A stretch of 46,048 nucleotides of DNA, from NCBI GenBank assembly GCA_964460155.1, contig CAYWSV010000003.1:1-46048 (forward strand), given 5' to 3'. The DNA is from an uncultured Oligoflexia bacterium. Lineage in GTDB: Bacteria; Bdellovibrionota_B; Oligoflexia; Silvanigrellales; Silvanigrellaceae. Position numbers and translations under genes: made by a program. Below, piece after piece: positions 8,408-17,277 of the stretch. How positions within the stretch are numbered: position 1 is the stretch's first letter; each line of letters begins with the position of its first letter. The notes beneath the pieces were generated by a model. The model saw only the letters and a list, made by a program, of their open reading frames with translations. It was not told the origin of the DNA and did not search any database.

Positions 8408-9406
8408 TTAGTTTCGAGATCGGTGGACCTCTGTCCATGGGAGGTTGTTGAGATCAACATTCCCCCCCGACAGTATGACCCCGACCTTCTTGTATGAACT
8501 TGGCAAGAGTGAGTTCATCAACACAGCTATTGGCACAGCAGCAGATGATTCGATGACCAGCTTGCTTCTCTCCCACATGAACTTCATGGCGGAAATGATG
8601 GATTCCTCGCTCACGGTGTGAATGCAGTCAACGTATTCACGCAGGATTGGAAAATTACGCTCACCCAAAGATGTAAGCAATCCGTCTGCAATCGTTTGTG
8701 GAGAAACCGAGGGGATGATGTGACCCGCTTGCAGCGAGCGTGCAGCGTCATCTGCCTTTTCTGGCTCAGCACCAATTACTCTGGTGTGCTTCGAGAAAAA
8801 TCTTGCGGCCAGAGCTGTGCCTCCAAGCAGACCACCGCCACCAACGGGCGCAAGGATAACGTCTAAGTCTGGCTGTTCCTCAAGTAATTCAAGGGCAGCA
8901 GTCGCTTGTCCTGCGATAATGCGCTCGTCATCGTAAGGATGAACGATGTGTGCCCGCGTTCTATTGACGATTTCGGCTTGTGTCGTTTCGCGGGCTTCGA
9001 GCGTTGGTTCGCAGAAGGTGATTTGTCCACCATATCCAGAAACTGCGGCTTTTTTAACTGAGGGAGCGTTGCTTGGCATAACGATATAAGCAGGTATTTT
9101 CCTCATGCGTGCGGCCAGCGCCAACGCCTGAGCATGATTGCCAGACGAATGAGCTACAACGCCGTAGCGAGCCTGTTCATCGGTCAACGAGAAAACGGCA
9201 TTGCAAGCACCACGGAACTTAAATGCACCGACTTTTTGAAAGTTCTCGCATTTGAGATAAACCTGCCGACCCACTCGTTCATCTAACGACGTGCAGGTAA
9301 GAACAGGAGTTCTGTGGACAAACGAACGAATGCGTTCAGCAGCCTCCAGAATGTCACTCAGAGACACACCGATTTCGAATTTTGGATATAAATCAACCCG
9401 CACCAT
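8408..9406 (-). CDS. PLP-dependent serine/threonine dehydratase (short form, serine-racemase-like)
   Basis: GAFKFRGA carries the PLP-lysine motif, SSGNHAQ is present, and GGGGL forms the phosphate loop. At 332 aa the protein has no ACT domain. Confidence 0.8.
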   Translation of the reverse strand: MVRVDLYPKFEIGVSLSDILEAAERIRSFVHRTPVLTCTSLDERVGRQVYLKCENFQKVGAFKFRGACNAVFSLTDEQARYGVVAHSSGNHAQALALAARMRKIPAYIVMPSNAPSVKKAAVSGYGGQITFCEPTLEARETTQAEIVNRTRAHIVHPYDDERIIAGQATAALELLEEQPDLDVILAPVGGGGLLGGTALAARFFSKHTRVIGAEPEKADDAARSLQAGHIIPSVSPQTIADGLLTSLGERNFPILREYVDCIHTVSEESIISAMKFMWERSKLVIESSAAVPIAVLMNSLLPSSYKKVGVILSGGNVDLNNLPWTEVHRSRN

Positions 9407-9555
9407 AATTCATCTCTCAGCTAGGCCGCCATTTCTTGGGTTTCAAATTAATGGCGCGTTATCTCGAACCGATTTCGGCAGAAGGATATAACAGAAGAAC
9501 GGTATTTGAAATTGCTGGACGTCAATTCCATCTTTTTTGTCGGTCCGAGGTTAAA

Positions 9556-11709
9556 ATGCAGGCGCCAAAATGGGAAAAGAAGATTCTAATTGCCATAGCA
9601 CTCGCTTTATCGATCTTTGTTTTCTGGAAGATTCTTACTCATCAGAAAGCCTCTCTTGATGTGAGTGCAAAGAAGATGTCGCTCTTGGAAAAACAGGAGG
9701 TTCTGCAGCTCAAGACGTGGGACATGATCTTTTATTTTTGTCCATATGCCAAGGGCGCGACGACTGCAGAGAATTGTTACGAAGACGTCCTGAGTAAACC
9801 TCAAAAACTAGATCTTCCACTCAAAGACTTTAAAAATCCAACTCTAACCTTCAACGTTGGGTCTCAAAATGTAACGAAACCAGCAAATACGGTACAAATC
9901 TCTTATTCGTTCACTGAGGAAGAAAAGAACACACTCAAAACTTCATCCGAATGGATGCTGCTCATTCCGCGCAACGCCCACCGAGCAACTTTTCTGGGTG
10001 ACAACATGTCTGGTGAGTCGACCTATGGACACGTCACAGATTCAAGCTTTGGGCTGACACTCAACCAAATAATGAAAGCTGGGAAAATTGATCTTATCAT
10101 CAACTACAAGCCATATCCCAGTTTCGGACCGCTGGACTTGCCCATTGCGCTCGCGAAACCAAATTCATCGCGTGAATATTTAAACCTTGTAGATATGCAA
10201 ACGAGCGCAGCTGCTTTGTCAAAACAATTTCTTGTCGGCGTGCCCGTTGTAATGAGTGCAATTGCAAGTGTTCTTGACCACAGCCCAACGATGTTGCTGC
10301 TCGCACTCTTTGGAGTCTGCCGTGCTGTCTTCACTTATTTTGGGTTTGTTTCCGAGACCGCAGCTCTCACGAATCCGCAAATGTTGATTGCCTACATGAG
10401 TTTGGGAGCATCGTTTGCTCTACTTTTGATGTTTGTTGAAAAGCTGCTGGGTCTTTCGTTTAAGAGAATTAGGAATTGGCATCGTGTTGTTTTCACCTTA
10501 TTCTGTGCAATTCTCTGCTACTCCGGTTCTTTTCTCGATTCGAATTATCAAGTTACATCGTCCCTCTGGGTCGATACTTTGGGAGCATTTATTTCCCTCG
10601 GTTTGCTGATTTTCGCACTTTATCCCTGGATGAGATCACGTTTCGGCAGAAAGTCCGACAACACGACGGTCACTGCGCCACAGCAGGCTGAACTTTCACT
10701 TTCAAAGGGCCTTGTCGTCGTGCAATTTGCACTTGCTGCAGCAACATTTTTGATTTCTGGGAGCGTCAATCTGTCCGAGCTTATAGGTCAGATCGGCGGC
10801 GAAAAGGTCTTTGTGGATCCACTTGACTGGCGCCACATGATGCTGATGCCCGCCCTACTGACAGCAGGTTTGCTCGAGGTCGGATCAATTGCCAAACGTA
10901 TGCTGACGTTTGGACACGAGATGGCAGAGAAGGCAGTCATTGAGAAAGAACTCATGGTTGGACGCGACGTTCAGGCACGAATGCTTCCTGATAAACGATT
11001 CATGGGCGAATACTGGAAGTGGCGCGCAATTTATCATCCCGCCGAAGCTCTTGCAGGTGACTGGTTTGATATTCGAGAGATTGAATTCAAGGATGGTCGA
11101 AAATTGCTGGCCGTGTGTCTGGCTGACGTGACGGGGCATGGTGTTGGTTCATCACTTTCAACCAGTGTGATTTGTTCCCACTGGAGTCTTTGGTGCGCTT
11201 CTCTTGGGCTGATGGAGTTTCCAGCGGATAAATCCGACCGTGAAAAAATTCTTGTGACTGCTCCGGTTAAAATTCATGAAGGTCTTTCTGCGCTGAGAAA
11301 GAATGAAAACTGCACAGCTATGATCGCGTTGATTGATCCCTACGCACGTGAACTGACAGTCACCTCGGCAGGCCATCCGGGCGCGCTCATTATCGGTTCC
11401 AAAGCGCTTAGGTACGTGACAACTGCCGGCGAAAGACTTGGTGGCGATTTGATGGGCGAGGCTAAGTGGAATCCTCGAACGGAACCTTTGTCAGATGAGG
11501 ATCTTGTTGTTATTTATTCCGACGGAATTGTGCCCGTTGGTGGAACTGTCTTGGGTTGGGCTGGTCAATTGAAAAAGAAAATTGTTGCCGGGACTGTCGG
11601 TCAACCCGAATTGTTCCTGTTGAAAACCCTGCACGATAACAAGCGGGCATTTATGAAAGATCCGTCTAATGAAGACGACATGACTTTGATTATGCTTCGC
11701 CGAGGTTGA
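9556..11709 (+). CDS. Membrane receptor-type PP2C (SpoIIE-family) serine phosphatase
   Basis: The ATG at 9556 follows a GAGG RBS. The layout is a signal anchor, an extracytoplasmic region of about 220 aa, about 7 predicted TM helices, then a C-terminal PP2C core (GDWFD, ADVTGHGVGSS, SAGHP, YSDGIV, DDMTLI). Confidence 0.75.
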   Translation: MQAPKWEKKILIAIALALSIFVFWKILTHQKASLDVSAKKMSLLEKQEVLQLKTWDMIFYFCPYAKGATTAENCYEDVLSKPQKLDLPLKDFKNPTLTFNVGSQNVTKPANTVQISYSFTEEEKNTLKTSSEWMLLIPRNAHRATFLGDNMSGESTYGHVTDSSFGLTLNQIMKAGKIDLIINYKPYPSFGPLDLPIALAKPNSSREYLNLVDMQTSAAALSKQFLVGVPVVMSAIASVLDHSPTMLLLALFGVCRAVFTYFGFVSETAALTNPQMLIAYMSLGASFALLLMFVEKLLGLSFKRIRNWHRVVFTLFCAILCYSGSFLDSNYQVTSSLWVDTLGAFISLGLLIFALYPWMRSRFGRKSDNTTVTAPQQAELSLSKGLVVVQFALAAATFLISGSVNLSELIGQIGGEKVFVDPLDWRHMMLMPALLTAGLLEVGSIAKRMLTFGHEMAEKAVIEKELMVGRDVQARMLPDKRFMGEYWKWRAIYHPAEALAGDWFDIREIEFKDGRKLLAVCLADVTGHGVGSSLSTSVICSHWSLWCASLGLMEFPADKSDREKILVTAPVKIHEGLSALRKNENCTAMIALIDPYARELTVTSAGHPGALIIGSKALRYVTTAGERLGGDLMGEAKWNPRTEPLSDEDLVVIYSDGIVPVGGTVLGWAGQLKKKIVAGTVGQPELFLLKTLHDNKRAFMKDPSNEDDMTLIMLRRG

Positions 11710-11891
11710 GCCGACGACTCTTTTGGATCAAAGCCTGAGAACGGTATATCTTTCGATTCGGTAAAAATTTCCGAGACCAAGGAACTCTTGCTTTTTCGTT
11801 GCGCCAAGAAACGAAGATTGCCTAACTCATGGTCGCTTGTGTACACTTTCGTCTCCGATCAACAGTTCCCTTGCCACATAAGGAGATGACC

Positions 11892-12314
11892 ATGGCAAAG
11901 AATCTGAACGGTACCAAGACGCATCAGAATCTGAAGGACGCTTTCGCTGGCGAAAGTCAGGCAAACCGCCGTTACCTTTACTTCGCAAAGGTTGCAGACG
12001 TTGAGGGTTATCCTGAAGTTGCAAGCAACTTCCGCGAGACTGCTGAAGGCGAAACAGGCCATGCTCATGGTCATCTCGACTATCTCAAGCAAGTTGGCGA
12101 CCCTGCAACGGGCCTTCCGATGGGCGACACAGTGCTCAATCTGAAAGCTTCCATTGAAGGCGAGACTCACGAGTACACGGATATGTACCCAGGCATGGCT
12201 AAGACGGCACGCGAAGAGGGCTTCCCTGAGATCGCGGACTGGTTCGAGACTCTTGCGAAAGCAGAGAAGTCTCACGCTGGACGTTTTGCGCAGATGCTCA
12301 AGTCGATTTCCTGA
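11892..12314 (+). CDS. Rubrerythrin-family diiron protein with no rubredoxin domain
   Basis: The ATG follows an [22 protein letters not shown] together with the [10 protein letters not shown] and EGETHEY (ExxH) pairs is characteristic of the rubrerythrin/ferritin-like fold. Confidence 0.85.
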   Translation: MAKNLNGTKTHQNLKDAFAGESQANRRYLYFAKVADVEGYPEVASNFRETAEGETGHAHGHLDYLKQVGDPATGLPMGDTVLNLKASIEGETHEYTDMYPGMAKTAREEGFPEIADWFETLAKAEKSHAGRFAQMLKSIS

Positions 12315-12327
12315 GACCGCTCGGGAC

Positions 12328-12357
12328 TGAGCGCCGAAAGGCGCTCATTTTTTTTTT
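12328..12357 (+). terminator. Rho-independent terminator downstream of the rubrerythrin gene
   Basis: The hairpin is tgagcgcc-gaaa-ggcgctca, an 8-bp stem with a GNRA-like loop, followed by a T10 run. Confidence 0.8.
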
Positions 12358-12383
12358 CACGCATTAAAATTTGCGGAGGCCAT

Positions 12384-13757
12384 GTGAGCAGTCAAGGCGA
12401 ACGTATTTCTTATCTTCCAACGGACGGTCTGTCCTATGATCCTACTGAGGCAAAGTATTGGGACAAATCCGCACTCAAGAAAGAGGTTACGCGGGCCTTT
12501 GAGATCTGCCACGGTTGTCGCATGTGCTTCAAATATTGTGATTCGTTTCCGAATCTCTTTTCTTTGCTCGACAACAAATACGATGGTGATGTGTCGAAGC
12601 TAAATGACTCTGAAATTCGCGGCGTGATGGATGCATGTTTTCAATGTAAACTCTGCGAAGTTCAATGTCCTTATACCCCAAGAGATAAGCACGAATTTCA
12701 ACTAGATTTCCCGAAACTTGTTCATCGCTACAACGCTCAGCGGCATCGAGACGAAGGCTCCGGATTACGAGAGTCGTTTTTGGGTAATCCAGATCTCGCT
12801 GGACGTTTCTCTCGCGCGAGTTTGGGCATGGCAAACACAATGAACAAGGTTGCCTTGCACAGATGGTTTATGGAAAAGGTTCTGGGAATTCATCGCGACA
12901 AGCTTCTTCCTGACTTTGCCGACGAGACTTTTGAAAGTTGGGCCGAGTCAGAGGGTTTGGTGCAGCCTGAAAATACCAAGTGCGAAGTTGTTCTCTTTCA
13001 GACCTGTTATGTTCAAAACAACGAACCCGAGATCGGGCGCGATACTGTCGAGGTCATGAAGCAGAATAAAGTTGAGATACGTTGTGAGCGCGGCCTTGAA
13101 TGCTGCGGTATGCCTCGCTGGGAGTCTGGCGATCTTGATGGACTGAGGCGGCAGGCAGCAGTCAATTTAAAGAAGCTTGAACCTTACGTCGACGCAGGTG
13201 CAAAGGTTGTCGCTATTAACCCGACCTGTTCGATGATGTTTAGACGTGAATATAAAGAACTCGTTGAACCCGAGTTGCGCCCTTTAGCCGAAAAAATTGG
13301 AGCAGCAACCATGGATCCGAGTGAATTCCTCTGGTCCATTCGCGAACAGGACCGATTTAATACGAATTTCAAGTCCACACCGGGAGCATCGGTGGGTTAC
13401 CACGCGCCATGCCACCTTCGAGCGCAAGCCGTTGGTTTTAAGGGCCGCGATTTGTTGCGCAAGATCCCAGGGGTCGTGCCCAAAACAGTGATGGAATGCT
13501 GCGGCCACGATGGCACGTATGCTATGAAAGTTGAAAGTTTTGAAAGCTCAGCCAAAATTGGTAAAAAAGCATTTGATGGCATGAGTTCATCGAATTCTGA
13601 GGTTTGGTCGACTGACTGTCCTTTGGCAGCCATTCAGTTCAAGCAGTTTGCGGGTGTGAAGCCTATGCATCCAATGACTATTTTGGCCAAGGCATACCGC
13701 GGAGAAGCGTTTGCCTCGAACACCGAAAAAGTGGAGAAGAAAGATGAGAAAAGTTAA
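12384..13757 (+). CDS. Heterodisulfide-reductase-related (Fe-S)-binding oxidoreductase (HdrD/GlcF-like)
   Basis: The GTG start follows a GGAGG RBS. It has two 4Fe-4S ferredoxin motifs (CHGCRMCFKYC, CFQCKLCEVQCP) and two Cys-rich CCG-type regions (ECCGMP, ECCGHDG). Confidence 0.75.
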   Translation: MSSQGERISYLPTDGLSYDPTEAKYWDKSALKKEVTRAFEICHGCRMCFKYCDSFPNLFSLLDNKYDGDVSKLNDSEIRGVMDACFQCKLCEVQCPYTPRDKHEFQLDFPKLVHRYNAQRHRDEGSGLRESFLGNPDLAGRFSRASLGMANTMNKVALHRWFMEKVLGIHRDKLLPDFADETFESWAESEGLVQPENTKCEVVLFQTCYVQNNEPEIGRDTVEVMKQNKVEIRCERGLECCGMPRWESGDLDGLRRQAAVNLKKLEPYVDAGAKVVAINPTCSMMFRREYKELVEPELRPLAEKIGAATMDPSEFLWSIREQDRFNTNFKSTPGASVGYHAPCHLRAQAVGFKGRDLLRKIPGVVPKTVMECCGHDGTYAMKVESFESSAKIGKKAFDGMSSSNSEVWSTDCPLAAIQFKQFAGVKPMHPMTILAKAYRGEAFASNTEKVEKKDEKS

Positions 13758-14301
13758 TCGCGCGAGCATTCTTTCACTAGCTGATTACGAAAAGGTTCGT
13801 CCATCAGAGCGCGAAAAGGCGATGAAGGTTAAGGAACTCAGACGCATTCACGTCGGACCATATCTGACCTTTCTTTTTGAGAACTTTGAAACGATTAAGT
13901 ATCAGGTTCATGAGATGATGCATGCTGAGCGAATCACTGATGAGCAGCAGATTTCACACGAGCTTGAAACATACAACGAGTTGATAGGAGAACAGGGTGA
14001 GCTCGGCTGCACGCTGCTTATTGAAATTGATGATTCTGCTAAGCGTGCCGAGCTTCTATCCCGGTGGATGACGTTACCTGAGACCCTCTATGTGAAGACA
14101 CAGGATGGTTCGAAAATTCCACCCACGATTGATGACCGCCAGATTGGTGAACAGAGAATCAGTTCTGTTCATTACCTTCGCTTCCGATTGGGCGATAAAA
14201 TCCCTGTAGGCGTGGGATGCAGTTTTCCCGAGTTGTGCGCTGAGACGCTGCTGAGACCTGAACAGTCCACGGCACTCTGCAAGGATGTTGTTGCTCGTTG
14301 A
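13744..14301 (+). CDS. DUF3501-like protein
   Basis: The ATG overlaps the end of the preceding gene by 14 nt. The size of about 185 aa and the position after a rubrerythrin and an Hdr-like Fe-S gene match the conserved DUF3501 context as I recall it. I did not verify any motif. Confidence 0.55.
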   Translation: MRKVNRASILSLADYEKVRPSEREKAMKVKELRRIHVGPYLTFLFENFETIKYQVHEMMHAERITDEQQISHELETYNELIGEQGELGCTLLIEIDDSAKRAELLSRWMTLPETLYVKTQDGSKIPPTIDDRQIGEQRISSVHYLRFRLGDKIPVGVGCSFPELCAETLLRPEQSTALCKDVVAR

Positions 14302-14346
14302 GTCGGAGGAGCTATCGCTTTCGCCCCAAGAACACCAGTTATTTCT

Positions 14347-15666
14347 GTGCTTCTGACTGCTGCGGCGGTTTGGTTTTTCAGACTGCTCAACGAAGCAATT
14401 CCCGGAAACGGACACGGGTTCGAAACGCTCTGGCTGGTCTTTGCAAGACCACTTATCTTGGCCGGCATCGGAATTTACTGGGCCTCGCTTTTCATCAGGT
14501 CTTACCAGCTCAATTCGCGCCGGCGTTTTTGGCTTTGGGCTTTTTTCGCAGCGGCCATTTTCTGTATTCCTTATGCGCCTGATATGCATGCATCGTTTGT
14601 GAAAGCCGGAGAGAAGCGGGCTTGGCTCCTCTCTTTAGCGTTCTATTCTCTGGGTATTCTGACTTATGGTCTTATTCGCGGTGGTGCGTGTGCTTTTTGG
14701 ATGACACGCCTTCTCAAAAATGTTCAAAATAGATTCGCTCAGTCCGCTTTTCTGTACGTTTTTTTTCTTGTCATTGAGTTTTTCTTTTTCCACTCGTGGC
14801 ATCCAATTACCTATTTTCCGGCTTTGCCATTGCCTGTTCCGTCCTCTGGATTTTCATCCACAGGGACTCAGAAAAATGTCCGCTATGTTCTTCTCGAGAC
14901 TCACATGGAAGGTGAGACCCGACGTAAAATCGAACAAGGCGGAAGCCTTGCACTCTCGATTCTTGGCTCAAAGTTAGCTGAGGAAATGAAGTCTCAGCTC
15001 CAGAATCTAAGCCTTGCCAAAGACGTCGTTGTTATTCTGCCTGAGACATTTATCGCGGTAAGCGAAGTAAACGAAGCGCGGGCTGTTATGATGCCCGCGA
15101 TACAGACCTTATTCAACATTCAGTCTATTGAGAACGTTGTTTGGATTCAGGGAGCCTTTGTTGCCAATAACAACGTGGTTCTTGGAACCGAGGTTCATCG
15201 CTCTGATTTGAGCGCAAACGCGTTTCAGAGCAATTATAAACCCATATGGGTATTGCGAAAGAAGAACGAAGAGATGCCGATGTTCGAGGCCCCCTCTAAG
15301 GGTCTCTCGTACTCAGCAAAAACCAACGATGGTTCGCTGTCCGAACAGATTGTCCCTGAATCCGCCGCTCGTCTGAGAGAGTTTGTCGATTCGCACAGGA
15401 TATTGATCTGTTATGAGTCGTTATTTCCATCGAACTGGCGTCGTGGCCGAGCGTCTGTGGTGTTGACCAATCATCATCTGTTCAATGAGTTCAAATTGAT
15501 GAATTGGGTATATTTTGGATTTTTGCGACAATTATCTTTTCTTTTCAATTCTGCCACAAAGGTGGTGTCTAATTATAATCCCTCAGGTTTGTTGAAGCCT
15601 ACGTATGCGTTGTCGCCTTCCGACAAGAAAGGCGATGAGGGATGGACGGTGGTGAAGATTCAATAG
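14347..15666 (+). CDS. Apolipoprotein N-acyltransferase-like protein (membrane domain plus CN-hydrolase domain)
   Basis: GTG start. The N-terminal half is hydrophobic and multi-TM. The C-terminal half carries a candidate E-K-C triad in Lnt-like contexts (ILPETF, LRKKNE, LICYESLFP). Confidence 0.55.
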   Translation: MLLTAAAVWFFRLLNEAIPGNGHGFETLWLVFARPLILAGIGIYWASLFIRSYQLNSRRRFWLWAFFAAAIFCIPYAPDMHASFVKAGEKRAWLLSLAFYSLGILTYGLIRGGACAFWMTRLLKNVQNRFAQSAFLYVFFLVIEFFFFHSWHPITYFPALPLPVPSSGFSSTGTQKNVRYVLLETHMEGETRRKIEQGGSLALSILGSKLAEEMKSQLQNLSLAKDVVVILPETFIAVSEVNEARAVMMPAIQTLFNIQSIENVVWIQGAFVANNNVVLGTEVHRSDLSANAFQSNYKPIWVLRKKNEEMPMFEAPSKGLSYSAKTNDGSLSEQIVPESAARLREFVDSHRILICYESLFPSNWRRGRASVVLTNHHLFNEFKLMNWVYFGFLRQLSFLFNSATKVVSNYNPSGLLKPTYALSPSDKKGDEGWTVVKIQ

Positions 15667-15690
15667 CCGTTGGAAAAAACTATGCTCGTT

Positions 15691-16395
15691 TTAGAGGTGG
15701 ATTCTTGTTTGTGCGAGTTTCACACCAACCCTTGTCCAATCGATAGTCTGTAGATCTTTACCGCCCAGCTTTTGCTTCGATTGGCTCCAGCCAAATTCGA
15801 TTCCACTGTTGACCTCGATGTTTTTAGCTGGTTCCCACACCCAAAGGGCCTCTGCAGTGAGACCAAACTCTCCTGCATTTTGGCTGAGGGCACTGTCTGT
15901 GTAGGACGTCGAGACGTTTGAATAAAACGGCGCAAAGCTCAGATCCACTGCAATGTCTTCATCTAAGGCATGTCTGTGATTCACAAAAAGACCAACACGA
16001 TCGGTGTATTCAGTTTTAACCCTTCTGCTATCGGCAGGACTGAAGACAAGATGATTCGTTCCCGCAATGACGCCCACTTCCACCGAATCTCCGGCTTTTA
16101 AACCAAGCCACAGTTCTCGGCCTCCAGCAGCGGCATTGGGATAAGCGTAGGCCACAACATTCCCAATAGACAATCCAATCTCAATCGCGGGCAGTGCAGT
16201 CTGTCCATCGGTTCCGAAAAGGTCCACAGCTGTCGTTGTTGTCGTTGCTGAGTCGCCGGAAACTGGTTTCGTGACTTCTTTTTCTCGCGCAATCGAAAGT
16301 CCATTCAAAGCAAAGCTGACTTTAGCACCGTCGGAAGCAAGACTTGTGTTTGAAAACAAAGACACAAAGAGCGTAGCGGCCATAAGATTACGCAT
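15691..16395 (-). CDS. Hypothetical secreted protein, possibly a small outer-membrane beta-barrel
   Basis: The ATG at 16395 follows a GGAG RBS. MRNLMAATLFVSLFSNTSLA is a signal peptide, and the remainder shows an alternating beta-strand-like pattern. Confidence 0.5.
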   Translation of the reverse strand: MRNLMAATLFVSLFSNTSLASDGAKVSFALNGLSIAREKEVTKPVSGDSATTTTTAVDLFGTDGQTALPAIEIGLSIGNVVAYAYPNAAAGGRELWLGLKAGDSVEVGVIAGTNHLVFSPADSRRVKTEYTDRVGLFVNHRHALDEDIAVDLSFAPFYSNVSTSYTDSALSQNAGEFGLTAEALWVWEPAKNIEVNSGIEFGWSQSKQKLGGKDLQTIDWTRVGVKLAQTRIHL

Positions 16396-16493
16396 AATGA
16401 TACTCCGACTTAGTAAAATGCTGTGATCATAAGAATAATCGGATGATCCAATTGGGGCAAGCGGGCTCGCAGAGAGCGTGTTGAAGGCGCCTA

Positions 16494-17066
16494 TCAGACA
16501 CCGCGTAAGATTGCCTTCGCAAATTTTATGAGTTCCGAACGCGGCATCATCATTTCGCTCCGGGTTCTTCCGCCGCATCCCATAAGTTCGATCATGTATC
16601 CTCCAGACTCCATTCGGGTCACCGACAAAATTCCAGAGGGAGTTTGAATCTCGCAGGCACCGCCAACTGCATTCAAGGCAATTGCTGGATTCTCGCCCTT
16701 GACCAGCCCAGCAATGTATTGACCTGTGACTGTTATTGATTGGTCGAACTCATATCCGCATGGCGGCGGTTCTTTTGCGGGTGGAGTCTCAAGCAGTCCG
16801 AGCGCCTCACGCGGTGGCCGCGAGGAAGACACCTTTCGACCATCTAGTGCGTGCGTAAGACTCGTCTTTCCCGAGGCCTCAAATTCACGAATAGCATTCA
16901 ACATGATCTCAAGTGAAGAATCCGATGGTTTGCACCAATCGAATTTTCTATTGCTCTTTGAGCCAGATGAAGTGCCCTGCAAGGTCGCATCCTTCAACTT
17001 GCATGAGGTCAAGACGGAGAGGCTCAAAAATGGCAGAGCAATGTAAATACGAAAACTGAATTTCAT
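16494..17066 (-). CDS. Hypothetical lipoprotein
   Basis: MKFSFRIYIALPFLSLSVLTSC is a lipobox signal. I recognise no family. Confidence 0.55.
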   Translation of the reverse strand: MKFSFRIYIALPFLSLSVLTSCKLKDATLQGTSSGSKSNRKFDWCKPSDSSLEIMLNAIREFEASGKTSLTHALDGRKVSSSRPPREALGLLETPPAKEPPPCGYEFDQSITVTGQYIAGLVKGENPAIALNAVGGACEIQTPSGILSVTRMESGGYMIELMGCGGRTRSEMMMPRSELIKFAKAILRGV

Positions 17067-17277
17067 CTATGAACCCCATTCTCGGATGCGTTTTGTGACA
17101 GTTCCACCAAAAGATTGGGTTCACCAATCTTGGCTTTTAAGCAGAGATTTCCGAGGTTCAAGATAGATCGGGACAAAGGGCTGATTAAACACAATCAGGC
17201 GTCAATAATTTGGTGTGAGAATGAATCTGAACGAATCGAGCAACGCAAACAAGACGCGTTGCCGGATTTCAAGAAGA

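Noticed and set aside
11853-11860. CCGAT-containing sequences upstream of the rubrerythrin gene (also near 31722, 42452, 32632 and 16440), considered as further sigma-28 -10 elements
   Set aside because: None of them has a TAAA-like -35 at 15-16 nt, so I treated the CCGAT as a chance occurrence.
14074-14589. Minus-strand 171-aa ORF, plus 14172..14468 and 14298..14582
   Set aside because: They are antisense to, or in an alternative frame of, the DUF3501-like and Lnt-like genes. They lack start-site signals and look like typical shadow ORFs.
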